From assembly GCF_049969415.1 (NCBI RefSeq), contig NZ_JBMFOX010000011.1:1-39213 (forward strand): a stretch of 39,213 bases of DNA. Direction: 5' to 3'. The position numbers and the translations under genes are program-made. Every line of letters begins with the position of its first letter. Position 1 is the stretch's first letter. The notes under the pieces are model-generated. The model was not told the DNA's origin. It saw nothing but the letters and a program-made list of their open reading frames with translations, and did no database searches. The DNA is from Candidatus Hadarchaeum sp. (lineage in GTDB: Archaea; Hadarchaeota; Hadarchaeia; Hadarchaeales; Hadarchaeaceae). Shown in pieces: positions 26,899 to 36,981 of the stretch.

Positions 26899-27189
26899 TT
26901 ACCAACCCTCAGCTATGGCGCCGAGGCCGAAGTCGCTATCGAGTCCGTTGAGATCGATGAAGTTCTCGAGATCGCTGAGCTGTTCCTCTATCGTCGTGAA
27001 ATCCTCCGAAGCTGGCGAGGCCGGTACCGTGGTCGTGGTGTCGGTTGTTTGACCTTGTCTTGTGGTGGTCGTGGTGGTGGATACCGGGCTTCCGGTAGTG
27101 GTAACGGCGGGGTTGTTTTGGATGAAATATGCCGCCGCCGCTATCACGACTATCGCTATCACCGCCCCCATGATTTTAGCCTTGCTCAT
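26899..27189 (-). CDS. Small membrane-anchored hypothetical protein with Thr-rich linker and acidic C-terminal helix
   Basis: K-preceded N-terminal TM, TTTGSPVSTTTTTT linker, EDFTTIEEQLSDLENF helix; GAGGT RBS overlapping the upstream stop. Confidence 0.75.
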   Translation of the reverse strand: MSKAKIMGAVIAIVVIAAAAYFIQNNPAVTTTGSPVSTTTTTTRQGQTTDTTTTVPASPASEDFTTIEEQLSDLENFIDLNGLDSDFGLGAIAEGW

Positions 27190-27200
27190 TGGTATCTACC

Positions 27201-28421
27201 TCATGACGCCTGACCGGTTTCTAAGATCACGGTGATTCCGCTGGCGCTCCAGTTTCCTTCCTCGCATTGGTTTTCTCCGTAGGTTTTGTAGGTGCCAGTC
27301 CCGGTGATTCTAACTCTCCCGGTTCCCGAAGCGACGATGTCAATGCCATTTCCGTTGATGTCAACGGTAATGTCTGTTCCACTGATCGATGCGTTGTCGT
27401 AGCCCTGGTACTGGAAAAATCCGTTGCCGAGCTGGATCTTTGTCCCATCGCCAGAAGTGGTCACCGCTGCGTTCGGGGAGACGATAAAGTTCCCGTCGAT
27501 CGGTCCCCTGATTTCCACAACCCCCGTGCCAGTTAGGTGGATGCTGCCGCTCCCCTGCGCGGTCAGTGTTCCGGTCCCCTGAATGGTTACTTGGCGCCCG
27601 TGTCGCTTTATTTCTGAGATGGCATTCTTGAGGTCATTGAGGGCGTCCTTGAGATATTGTACCGCCTCCCTAATTCTGCTCTGTATTGCCGGGTACATTT
27701 CGGCGAAGGTCGTGTTTTCGTTTATTTGGTTGACGATATCCTTCGCCGCGGCAATCTCCTGTTCGGCCGCGCTGATGTTGGCGCGTGCCTCGTTTAGCTG
27801 ATTTTCTAGGGCCGAGGCATCGATTCCGTTCTCTTTCAACAGTTGCACCGTTGCTTCGACTCTGGCCGCTATTGCCTTGACTCTCTGTACCATCCCGTCG
27901 GCGAAATCCACCATCACCAGTCCGGTCATCTGCTTTAGCCGTGTACGGATTTGGAGCCAGTATCGGTGCAGCTCCCCGGCCGCGGTTCTGAGCTGCTGCT
28001 CGTCCCCCGCGTTCTGAATGTTCAGCTGTTTGGCGCGAATCTCATTTAGGTAGTTGTCGATTTCGGCGTAGAGCCTTTCCCTTTGATTTTCGGAGATGCC
28101 CATGGTGGCCTCGATCCTTGCTCGGACCATCTCTAAGTTCCTTACCATGAGTTCGGCGGCCTTGGTGGCAGCAGACCTTGCAGCATTGGTCAGCTGCGAG
28201 AAGTTCTGTTGATTTTTGTTTCCTCGCCACTGCGCCATCGCTCGGTTGAACTCGTTGTTGGCATCGTTCCACTCAGAGTAACTATTCCGATATTCGTTTT
28301 TTGCCTGTTCGTATTTTACCTTCCCCTGCTCGTAAGGCTGTGCGCTGACTGCAGGCACCATGCTTACGACCATCAGCGCCAGCATTGCTGCCGCGACTAT
28401 TTTTATTTTCATTTCCTTCAC
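27201..28421 (-). CDS. Exported hypothetical protein: signal peptide, long alpha-helical region, Gly/Thr-rich beta domain
   Basis: Sec signal ending AVSA|Q; Ala/Glu/Gln/Arg-rich amphipathic helices to about residue 275; repeated GxG beta strands after that; GGTG at the start. Confidence 0.85.
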   Translation of the reverse strand: MKEMKIKIVAAAMLALMVVSMVPAVSAQPYEQGKVKYEQAKNEYRNSYSEWNDANNEFNRAMAQWRGNKNQQNFSQLTNAARSAATKAAELMVRNLEMVRARIEATMGISENQRERLYAEIDNYLNEIRAKQLNIQNAGDEQQLRTAAGELHRYWLQIRTRLKQMTGLVMVDFADGMVQRVKAIAARVEATVQLLKENGIDASALENQLNEARANISAAEQEIAAAKDIVNQINENTTFAEMYPAIQSRIREAVQYLKDALNDLKNAISEIKRHGRQVTIQGTGTLTAQGSGSIHLTGTGVVEIRGPIDGNFIVSPNAAVTTSGDGTKIQLGNGFFQYQGYDNASISGTDITVDINGNGIDIVASGTGRVRITGTGTYKTYGENQCEEGNWSASGITVILETGQAS

Positions 28422-28477
28422 CTTTTATTTTCGGGCTCAGCTCCCCGCGCAGCCCCTATCGCCGCGCGGATCATTGA

Positions 28478-28489
28478 TGTTTCGAAACA
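28478..28489. promoter_or_regulatory. Perfect 12-bp palindrome TGTTTCGAAACA at the likely transcription start of the 406-aa gene
   Basis: About 20-30 nt downstream (minus strand) of a TTTAAAAG TATA-like box near 28508-28515. Confidence 0.55.
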
Positions 28490-28641
28490 AGGTTGCCCGG
28501 AAAAATCTTTTAAATACACTTTTATTTTTGACGTTTAAAGGACGCTAAAATTGCTCCGATTGCTTTACAAAACTTTATAAGAACTCTGATTACTTTATTC
28601 AGTCAAAAAAAGATTTAAACCTAGCTCTTGGAACTTTATCT

Positions 28642-29376
28642 ATGTATAAGAAGGTTGTGTTTCTTGTCTTCGCCGGGATGCTGCTTTTTGGCTTCTGCTC
28701 CCCAGCAGCTGCCCAAGAGAACTTTGCCCGGGTTCATGGCACCGTTTATTACTGGTATAATCTTGAGCCGCTGAAGAATTCCATCGTGGAGGTGAACAGC
28801 GTCCCAGAGCAAACCTACGTGGCCAAAAACGGGGAGTACTTCTTTAATCTTCCCCCGGGCACCTACAAGATTACCGCGCGCTTTTACCGGGACAACGTGC
28901 TTTTGTATTACGCGGAGGAGAACCTGACCATTCCCGAATACGGCGGAGACTACGTGGTGGATTTGATCGCCTTTCCCCTGTTTGATGATTTTGAGGCTCC
29001 GGAGGAAAACATTGTGCCCATTGTTGAGGCCCCTGAAAATGAAAACGCTTTGGTCGTGCTCGTGGTGGTAGCGGTCGCCGTTCTGGTGTTGGTTCTTGCG
29101 TTTCTCTATCTCCGGATGGTTCGCCAGAGGAAAGTCGTCAAAACCGAGCCGGTGCAGGCGCCGGTGAAGCTGATCGGATTGCCCGCGGACCTTCAGGAGA
29201 TAATCGACAGGATACGAGAGGCCGGGGGCAGGATTACCCAGCTCGAGTTGAGGGGGAAGCTGCCTTACTCAGAGGCCAAAGTAAGCCTGATGTTAGCGGA
29301 CTTGGAGAGCCGGGGCTTAATTCGAAGGATAAAGAAAGGAAGAGGAAACATAATAATCCTGAAGGAACAACCGTGA
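28642..29376 (+). CDS. Membrane-anchored transcription regulator: signal peptide, Ig/carboxypeptidase-regulatory-like ectodomain, TM, C-terminal wHTH (COG2512-like)
   Basis: Signal ending AAA|Q; VHGTVY...GEY.F.LPPGTY.I.A ectodomain; TM ALVVLVVVAVAVLVLVLAFLYL; GGRITQLELR..LPYSEAKVSLML.DLE.RGLI.R.KKGRGN wHTH; TTTAAA box about 25 nt upstream. Confidence 0.85.
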   Translation: MYKKVVFLVFAGMLLFGFCSPAAAQENFARVHGTVYYWYNLEPLKNSIVEVNSVPEQTYVAKNGEYFFNLPPGTYKITARFYRDNVLLYYAEENLTIPEYGGDYVVDLIAFPLFDDFEAPEENIVPIVEAPENENALVVLVVVAVAVLVLVLAFLYLRMVRQRKVVKTEPVQAPVKLIGLPADLQEIIDRIREAGGRITQLELRGKLPYSEAKVSLMLADLESRGLIRRIKKGRGNIIILKEQP

Positions 29377-29451
29377 ATTCATTTTCTTGCCTTTTGTCCG
29401 TTCGGAGAACCAAAGGTTAAAATCTGCGTTGGTTCAAGTTAAATGGGGTAA

Positions 29452-29985
<534 letters not shown>

Positions 29986-30004
29986 GCTAAAATTCAAAAT
30001 TGTT

Positions 30005-31990
30005 TTAGATTATGATATGGTTGATTTCGCTGATATCGGATAGACTATTCATCTTCACCTGCCCTTCGGATACCGTGTACAAGACGTCGTTTATGTAAAA
30101 TGATCTCACGACGAAACTTGTGGGGTCCATGGTTGAATCGGTGTGGGTGTGATCTGCGTGGGAAATTCTACCCTTTAAACTCAGCCCTTGTATCGAAATA
30201 TCAAAAACATAAGCCCCCTGCCAGTCCCACATTTCACCTTCCACCAGTGTGATGGGGATTACGAGCAAATTCTTCGACCGGCTGAATAGAAAGGCCCTGT
30301 GGTCACTAAGTGCGTATGAGTCAGTTCCCCTCTCACCGATAACGTACTTGGAGATCTGTTTGGGATTTTCAGGGTCGCCAACGTCAAAGATGGCCAGCTT
30401 GACACCTTGGTAAAGGGCGAAGTCGGCTTCTGGAGAATTGGTGGTCTCTTTCCCCAGACCGATTATATGTGATTCATCGTATGGGTGCAGATAATCGGAG
30501 TAGCCGGGGATCTTGAGTTCCCCCAATACCTTTGGATTAATCGGGTCGGAGAGGTCTATGACAAAAAGCGGATCCACCTTCACGAAGGTCACCAGGTAAG
30601 CGCGGTTGCCCATGAATCTAGCTGAGTAAATTCTCTCACCTAATGCCAATCCCTCAATCTTTCCCGCGATTGCAAGATCTTCGTCCAGAACATAGATATT
30701 ATTCTTAGAGTCGCCGCTCCAAACGTCTCCGGTTGTGGTGGCTATTCTGAAGTAACCGTTGTATTCGTCCATGGAGAATTGATTCAGAACCTGGCCCGGG
30801 ACTTCTCCGCCCGCCCTGTACTCGACCTTTCCATTTGATATGGATATTTTATGGATCGTTGTGTTTACCAGCCATTCTTCTTTTTCTTGCGCGCCGACCG
30901 TCTGCCCTCTGGTGTAAGTTATGTAGATGTTGTTAAGTGAAACGTACATTGAATTGGCCTGTGTCGTTAGAAAAACTTTTTCCTCGACAAGTTCAGCTTT
31001 TTGGACATCTATCGCCGCAATGGTCGCGAAAACGTAGGGATAGTAAATGTTGTCAAAATAATAGATTTCAGTTGCCGGTACCGTTTTAACCTGGCCATTT
31101 ACTGAAATTCGGGGAAGCACGATGTTTTCGTTTTCGAAGTAGAGACCCATATTGGTAATTATGTATACGTAATCATCGATCATTCTAGAGCTAAAGTAAC
31201 CACCGCTGAGTTCGATTCTTTTAATCAGCTTTGGATTTTCTCTGTCGTCGATATCGTAGATCTCCACCCTTGTCGTCTCTGGATATCTAAGGTAAATTGG
31301 GCTGGTTTTTGTGAGTGGTAAATAGTTGTTGCCCCACAGTGCTTCAAAGACAATTAACCTGTCGCCGTTGATGAATATCTCAAGAGGGGTGCCTTCCACC
31401 TTGATTTCCGAAAGCAACCTGGCGTTTTCGGCCGGGTAAGCTAGCAGGATGACCACCCTTCCCTTGGATAAGAGGTACAAATAGGTCCCGTCGGTTTTTA
31501 TGATATCTGCTTCATCAACTCCTTTGACTTGGACATTTGTGGTTGAATAATCTTTGGAGATGTTTACCGGGCTGTCGCCAATGTTTACGTTGAAGTTCGA
31601 TCCCTCCGCAGCTTTACCAGTGGCGAATAAAGGCGGAAGAATCGTAAAAATTCTCACTACATCACCGTTCCAGTTTTGAGAGCCGACAAAACTTTCCAGT
31701 TCTTGATACGAAGAGAACGTTTTTAGAACTTTTTGGTTTAAATCAGGTGTTTCAAAGATTATGGGCACTGTTGCACCCAAGACAATCGTTGCGGTTATTG
31801 CTACCGCAAAAATTGTTGGGCGTTTTTTCCTCAGCACCGCTTTGTTTTGTATGGTAAAATAGAAAATAATTAGCGAGGAAAATGTTGTAGCAAAAATGTA
31901 AAGAATTAAATGGTTTGCTCCAGACCATGCGATACCAAAACCAACGATTTTTAATAACACGATTGCCGCTGAAAAAAGGACTTGATTCAT
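30005..31990 (-). CDS. Membrane-anchored beta-propeller protein (Beta_propel/COG4880-like)
   Basis: Three N-terminal hydrophobic segments; YSTTNVQVKGVDEADIIKTDG, LNQFSMDEY.G.FRIATT, ERIYSARF, VDPLFVIDL, GELKIPGYSDYLHP. Confidence 0.88.
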   Translation of the reverse strand: MNQVLFSAAIVLLKIVGFGIAWSGANHLILYIFATTFSSLIIFYFTIQNKAVLRKKRPTIFAVAITATIVLGATVPIIFETPDLNQKVLKTFSSYQELESFVGSQNWNGDVVRIFTILPPLFATGKAAEGSNFNVNIGDSPVNISKDYSTTNVQVKGVDEADIIKTDGTYLYLLSKGRVVILLAYPAENARLLSEIKVEGTPLEIFINGDRLIVFEALWGNNYLPLTKTSPIYLRYPETTRVEIYDIDDRENPKLIKRIELSGGYFSSRMIDDYVYIITNMGLYFENENIVLPRISVNGQVKTVPATEIYYFDNIYYPYVFATIAAIDVQKAELVEEKVFLTTQANSMYVSLNNIYITYTRGQTVGAQEKEEWLVNTTIHKISISNGKVEYRAGGEVPGQVLNQFSMDEYNGYFRIATTTGDVWSGDSKNNIYVLDEDLAIAGKIEGLALGERIYSARFMGNRAYLVTFVKVDPLFVIDLSDPINPKVLGELKIPGYSDYLHPYDESHIIGLGKETTNSPEADFALYQGVKLAIFDVGDPENPKQISKYVIGERGTDSYALSDHRAFLFSRSKNLLVIPITLVEGEMWDWQGAYVFDISIQGLSLKGRISHADHTHTDSTMDPTSFVVRSFYINDVLYTVSEGQVKMNSLSDISEINHIII

Positions 31991-32027
31991 TCCGTTTCAC
32001 CGATTAAGCTTCTCGATTTTCAAAATA

Positions 32028-32059
32028 TAAATTAAGTTTCTTTCGTGAAACATAATTTA
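32028..32059. promoter_or_regulatory. 13-bp inverted repeat (12/13 match, 6-nt spacer) spanning both divergent TATA regions
   Basis: TAAATTAAGTTTC-tttcgt-GAAACATAATTTA between the beta-propeller gene and the membrane wHTH gene. Confidence 0.6.
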
Positions 32060-32095
32060 ATAGACGTCAAATTGCTAATTTATTTGGTGGCATAG

Positions 32096-32911
32096 GTGCG
32101 CAAGCCTGCGTTTGGAGCCTTAATCGGTTTGGTCGTGTTTTGTTTGGTGTTAGGGGTCTCCTATGTGGTTTTGAATCAATTTTATGGGACAGCGCAGGTA
32201 TCTTATTCAGCCCAGATTTTGACAATCGAGGATCATGGTCAAAGGATAAGGATAGCTGATGCATCTTTCTTGGTGGAAAATGTAGAGTTCGTACCGACCG
32301 AAAAAGGCGAAAATTATTACCGCCTGTTGGTTGTCCCCGAGTTTTATCTTGCATCGAAGGCCAATGGTGAGAGCATACCGCCACCAGCCGTGATGGAAAG
32401 AACCGATGATTCGTCTGAACTTTATTACGTAAGCGTACCGGCGATTACTTACGATCAGGCGCTTGAATCGGAGAGTCCGGTGGTGGTTTCTAATATAACC
32501 TTGATTGAATCCAAGCCGGTGAATACTCTTCCCTTGGCAGCTACTTTAGGTGTGGGCGCAGGACTTTTGGCAGTGGCGATTTGGGTTGGCTACCGTCAGG
32601 CCTGGGGCGAGGCCGCTTCAACACTAATTGAGCACGGTCTCCACGATATGACGGTTCGGGATGTTGAGATAGTCGGCTACATTATGGAGCGCGGCGAGTT
32701 CACGATACCTGAACTAATGAAGCTCAGCAGCGCGTCCAAGATAACCGTCTGGCGCACCGTCCAGAGGCTGGTTAAAAAAGGACTTGTTGTTCAAACCGAT
32801 AGGACAAGGCTCTCCTCCAATGGTTTGGGCGGCCGGGGCAAACCGAGCCGGATTTATCGATATGTGGGAAAATTCGATTCAGAGGAGGGTTCGAAGTCAG
32901 TGTCAAAGTAA
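32096..32911 (+). CDS. Membrane-anchored transcription regulator: TM, ~110-aa ectodomain, TM, C-terminal wHTH
   Basis: Two hydrophobic helices flank a polar domain; FTIPELMK..SASKITVWRTVQRLVKKGLV HTH and GRGKPSRIYRY wing. Confidence 0.8.
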   Translation: MRKPAFGALIGLVVFCLVLGVSYVVLNQFYGTAQVSYSAQILTIEDHGQRIRIADASFLVENVEFVPTEKGENYYRLLVVPEFYLASKANGESIPPPAVMERTDDSSELYYVSVPAITYDQALESESPVVVSNITLIESKPVNTLPLAATLGVGAGLLAVAIWVGYRQAWGEAASTLIEHGLHDMTVRDVEIVGYIMERGEFTIPELMKLSSASKITVWRTVQRLVKKGLVVQTDRTRLSSNGLGGRGKPSRIYRYVGKFDSEEGSKSVSK

Positions 32912-32913
32912 TT

Positions 32914-33213
32914 TCATAGTTTAAACAAATATTTTGACAGAAGTACTTTGTTTTTCTTAATTTGAACGCCCTCATCTCTTAGCAGTTTTATCTTTTTTTC
33001 GACTCCACCGGTGTATCCTCCAACATTGCCGTCCGATCTCACGACGCGATGGCAAGGAATTTTTATCGGATAGGGATTCTCCGCCAAGGCTCTGGCCACG
33101 GCCCTGTAGGCCTTGGGCTTGCCCATTGCCAGGGCAATTTGCTTGTAGGTCGTCACTTTCCCCCGCGGGACCTTGGCCGTCAGCTCCAGAACGCGGCGCT
33201 GAAATTCTCGCAT
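32914..33213 (-). CDS. ogt: O6-methylguanine-DNA methyltransferase (catalytic domain only)
   Basis: G.VTTY, AYRAVARAL, NP...IPCHRVV (active Cys), GGY..G...K..LL..EG. Confidence 0.9.
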   Translation of the reverse strand: MREFQRRVLELTAKVPRGKVTTYKQIALAMGKPKAYRAVARALAENPYPIKIPCHRVVRSDGNVGGYTGGVEKKIKLLRDEGVQIKKNKVLLSKYLFKL

Positions 33214-33265
33214 CCATGTAAAAAATGGTTCCTTAGTTATTATACCTAGAGTTCCCTATCCTTTC

Positions 33266-34342
33266 TTGATGATCGAAATTGATGGCTCGATGGGCGAGGG
33301 TGGGGGTGCCGTCCTCCGGACCGCTCTGGCGCTCGGTGCCGTGAGCGGGCGACCGGTTCACATTTTCAACATCAGGGCCCGGAGGGAAAAGGCCGGGCTT
33401 CAGCTTCAGCATCTTCGCGGCGTCGAGGCTTTGGCCAAGATTTGCGGGGCGGAGGTTCGGGGAGCGGCTCTGAATTCAACCGAGCTCACCTTCATTCCCG
33501 GACAGATTCAGGGCGGCAGATATCATGTTGATATAGGCACGGCTGGCAGCACCACCCTGATCATGCAGATAATCATGCCTGCGGCTGCCTTTGCGAACGG
33601 CCCGTTGGAAATCGAGATAAAAGGTGGGACGGACAACCCGCTGGCGCCCCCGATCGACTACCTCAGAAACGTTACCGTTCCCGTCCTTCGTCGCATGGGT
33701 TACCGCTGCGAGGTCAGTTGCATCCGGAGAGGGCACTATCCGCGCGGTGGGGGCACCATCCGGGCAAAGATAGAGCCGGTGGAGGGATTGCGGGCCATAA
33801 AACTTGTTGACCAAGGCCGGGTGTTGAGGGTAGCCGGAATCGCCCACGCGGTGAGGCTGCCTTCGCAGATAGCCACCCGGATTGCCCACGCCGCGAGCCT
33901 AGAGCTGATCAGGTCGGTTCGGGCCCCGGTGGACATTCGCTGCGAATCCTATCAGAGCAATCAGGATCCGCATCTTGGCCCCGGCGCCGGAATAACTCTT
34001 TGGGCTGAAACGAGCACCGAGGCCATCATCGGCACCAGCTCGCTCGGGGAACCCGGTAAACCTTCAGAAAAGGTCGGTCGGGAAGCTGCACTCGACCTGA
34101 TTGCCCAGCTGAGGACGGGCATGGCGTGCGATCGCCATCTCTCCGACCAGCTCGTCCCCTATTTGGCTCTGGCCGAAGGCACCTCGGAGATAACCTGTAC
34201 CTCGCTTACTTCCCACACCCTCACCAATATTGAACTGGTGCATAAAATTCTGGGCGTGAAGTTCGGAGTTTCTGGAGAAGGCGGCCAGCCGGGAAAAGTA
34301 ACGGTTGCCGGCATCGGGTTCAAAAAGACAGATAAATCTTAA
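33266..34342 (+). CDS. rtcA: RNA 3'-terminal phosphate cyclase
   Basis: IDGSMGEGGG..LRTAL, NIRARR..GL..QH, GTAGS, RGHYPRGGG, DRHLSDQL (adenylated His). Confidence 0.95.
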   Translation: MMIEIDGSMGEGGGAVLRTALALGAVSGRPVHIFNIRARREKAGLQLQHLRGVEALAKICGAEVRGAALNSTELTFIPGQIQGGRYHVDIGTAGSTTLIMQIIMPAAAFANGPLEIEIKGGTDNPLAPPIDYLRNVTVPVLRRMGYRCEVSCIRRGHYPRGGGTIRAKIEPVEGLRAIKLVDQGRVLRVAGIAHAVRLPSQIATRIAHAASLELIRSVRAPVDIRCESYQSNQDPHLGPGAGITLWAETSTEAIIGTSSLGEPGKPSEKVGREAALDLIAQLRTGMACDRHLSDQLVPYLALAEGTSEITCTSLTSHTLTNIELVHKILGVKFGVSGEGGQPGKVTVAGIGFKKTDKS

Positions 34343-34373
34343 TACGCTAAAACCGAATTAAATCGAAACGACA

Positions 34374-35693
34374 ATGCCGGGTGATATGATGGATTTTGAA
34401 CAGATGGAGAAGGCCAGGCGGGAGTACGTTGAGAAGTTGAAGGGCATTTCGCTCACCGATTTCGACGTGGAGAAATGGGAAAGGATAAGAGAGAGCATCT
34501 ATCCCCCCCGCCGGTTGAACCTGGACGTCATCATAGACGACACGACGCTGAGAGACGGGCTACAGATGGCGGGCCTGGTGAGCCCTCTGCCCGCGGACGC
34601 CGCCCGCATTGCCGAGTTTCTCAGGGACATCGGCGTAGAAAGGCTTGAGGTACTGACTTACACCAAGTCCGACAAGGAGGCAATCAGGATAATGCAGGAC
34701 AAGGGCTTGGGCGACATCATCGCTGCCTGGTGCCGGGCCTCCAAGGAAGACATAGATGCCGCGCTGCAGCTCGATTTCAAACAGATCGGAATTTCCCATC
34801 CGGTGTCGTACATTCACTTTGAGAAATGGTCAGACGTGCCCTTGCAGGGCCTAGTGAAGCGGGTTGCGGATGCGGTTGTTTATGCCAAGGATCACGGTAT
34901 GGACGTCTTCGTGCACGGCGAGGACAGCACTAGGGCTGACTGGAACTTCGAGAGGTATCTTATCAACACCGTGGCCGAGGCCGGCGCCAGCGTCTACCGC
35001 ATTTGCGACACCATCGGCTGCGGTTCTGCGCACCCCGATGACCCGCTGCCGATCGGCATCCCGATGAAGGTCAGGAAGATCAAGGAGGAGACCAAGATTC
35101 CTTACGTTGAGATACACACCCACGATGACCTCGGGACCTCTTTGGAGAACACCATGGCCGCAATCCGAGCCGCCTCCGGTCTTTATGATAAGATCTACGT
35201 GAGCTCCACTTTTCTGGGCATAGGGGAGCGGTCGGGGAACGTCGAAACGGAGAAGGTCATCATGAACTGCTACTTACATCACGGCATGAAAAAGTGGGAC
35301 CTCCGCTACCTCAGGGAGCTCACGATTTTCATGGCTTCCGCGTTGAAGTACAACGTCCCGCTGAACAAGTCCATCGTCGGGGACTTGGCCTTCGCCCATG
35401 AGTCCGGGGTCCACATTCACGGGCTCATGTCCTCGCCGTTGACCTACGAGCTCTTCCCGCCGGAGCTGGTCGGGCAGAAGCGGACCATCGTGATCGGAAA
35501 GAGGTCGGGGAAGCACGGCATCAGGCTGAAGCTGGAACAGCTGACCGGTCAAAAGATTTCCGAGGATGATCCCAGGCTGAACAAATTGGTTGAAATCATC
35601 AAGGACAGGTTTGTCTCCGGACTGAGGAGGTATCCCATAAAGGATACCGAGTTCCGAAACCTGGCGCAGAAAGTTGGATTTGAGATGAAGTAG
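34374..35693 (+). CDS. DRE-TIM metallolyase acyl-CoA condensing enzyme, most like Re-citrate synthase
   Basis: DTTLRDGLQ, HTHDD metal site, GIGERSGN, HESGVH; no LeuA regulatory domain; Re-CS-like segments YTKSDKEA, WCRASKED, HGEDSTRAD, RICDTIGCG...P...LP...P. Confidence 0.75.
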   Translation: MPGDMMDFEQMEKARREYVEKLKGISLTDFDVEKWERIRESIYPPRRLNLDVIIDDTTLRDGLQMAGLVSPLPADAARIAEFLRDIGVERLEVLTYTKSDKEAIRIMQDKGLGDIIAAWCRASKEDIDAALQLDFKQIGISHPVSYIHFEKWSDVPLQGLVKRVADAVVYAKDHGMDVFVHGEDSTRADWNFERYLINTVAEAGASVYRICDTIGCGSAHPDDPLPIGIPMKVRKIKEETKIPYVEIHTHDDLGTSLENTMAAIRAASGLYDKIYVSSTFLGIGERSGNVETEKVIMNCYLHHGMKKWDLRYLRELTIFMASALKYNVPLNKSIVGDLAFAHESGVHIHGLMSSPLTYELFPPELVGQKRTIVIGKRSGKHGIRLKLEQLTGQKISEDDPRLNKLVEIIKDRFVSGLRRYPIKDTEFRNLAQKVGFEMK

Positions 35694-35719
35694 AATGCTG
35701 AAGGCAATCGGGTGATCCG

Positions 35720-36979
35720 GTGGGTAAAACGATAACGGAGAAGATACTGGGCAGGGCATCGGGAGCGGACGTGACCCCGGGCGACTTGATCGTTGCCCCG
35801 ATAGACGCCTGCATGGCGCACGATGGCACCGCCCCGCTGGCCATCAGGGCCTTCCGCGAGATGGGGGCCAAGAGGGTCTGGGACCCGAATCGGATCGCGT
35901 TGGTTATCGACCACATCGCTCCCAGCTCCTCGGAAGGAACGTCGGAGCTCCACATCATGATGAGGCAGTTCGCCGCCGAGCACGGCATCAGGCTGTTTGA
36001 CGTGGGGGAGGGCATCTGTCATCAGATCATGCCGGAGAAGGGCTACGTTCTGCCCGGCCGCGTGATCGTTGGCGCCGACTCGCATACCTGCACCTACGGC
36101 GCCTTTGGAGCCTTTTCCACCGGCATCGGCTCCACGGAGCTGGCGGCGGTGATGGTTTCGGGGAAGCTTTGGTTCAGGGTGCCGGAGACGATTAAATGTG
36201 TGGTGAACGGCCGGATGCCGGTCGGGGTCACGCCGAAGGATGTGATCCTGCGGATACTGGGGTTGATCGGGGCGGATGGCGCCACCTACAAGGCGATTGA
36301 GTTCACGGGGGAGACCATAGCTCAGATGAGCGTCTCGGGCAGAATGACGCTTTGCAACATGGTGGTCGAGATGGGGGCGAAGAACGGGATAGTCGAGCCC
36401 GACGAAAAGGTGAGGCAATTTCTCCAAGGAAGGACACAGGCTGAGGGCGATTATCTGAGGAGCGACCCGGACGCTGTCTATTGTGATATCATTCAGATTT
36501 CAGCCGAGGAACTTGAGCCCCTGGTCGCCTGCCCGAGTTCCGTGGACAACGTCAGGCCCATCGGCGAGGTGGAGGGCATCAAGGTGAACCAGGTCTTCTT
36601 GGGCAGCTGCACCAACGGTCGGCTGGAAGACCTGCAGGAGGCCGCCAGAATTTTGAGGGGGAGGAGGGTCAAGGAAGGGGTGAGGATGCTGGTGATACCG
36701 GCATCCCGCGAGGTTTATCTTGAGGCCATGAAGACGGGCCTGCTGCAGATCCTGGCCGAGGCCGGCTGCTCCATCTACGGTCCGGGGTGCGGGCCCTGTC
36801 CCGGCGGCCACCTGGGCGTTTTGGGGCGGGGTGAGGTCTGTGCTTCAACGTCAAATCGCAACTTCGTGGGAAGGATGGGCAGCAAGGAGGCACAGATCTA
36901 TCTGGTCTCCCCGCTGACGGCGGCGGCCTCGGCGGTAACCGGGGAGTTAACGGATCCCAGAAGGTTCCTGGAGGGGTAG
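35720..36979 (+). CDS. Aconitase-superfamily large subunit (LeuC/HacA/AksD type)
   Basis: TITEKI, HDGT, DH, GICHQ, GADSHT, GSCTNGR, CGPC, STSNRNF.GRMG; GTG start after GGTG. Confidence 0.92.
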   Translation: MGKTITEKILGRASGADVTPGDLIVAPIDACMAHDGTAPLAIRAFREMGAKRVWDPNRIALVIDHIAPSSSEGTSELHIMMRQFAAEHGIRLFDVGEGICHQIMPEKGYVLPGRVIVGADSHTCTYGAFGAFSTGIGSTELAAVMVSGKLWFRVPETIKCVVNGRMPVGVTPKDVILRILGLIGADGATYKAIEFTGETIAQMSVSGRMTLCNMVVEMGAKNGIVEPDEKVRQFLQGRTQAEGDYLRSDPDAVYCDIIQISAEELEPLVACPSSVDNVRPIGEVEGIKVNQVFLGSCTNGRLEDLQEAARILRGRRVKEGVRMLVIPASREVYLEAMKTGLLQILAEAGCSIYGPGCGPCPGGHLGVLGRGEVCASTSNRNFVGRMGSKEAQIYLVSPLTAAASAVTGELTDPRRFLEG

Positions 36980-36981
36980 CC

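Noticed and set aside
27020-27105. GTG/GTC triplet repeats
   Set aside because: Encode the Thr-rich linker of the 96-aa protein; not an independent repeat element.
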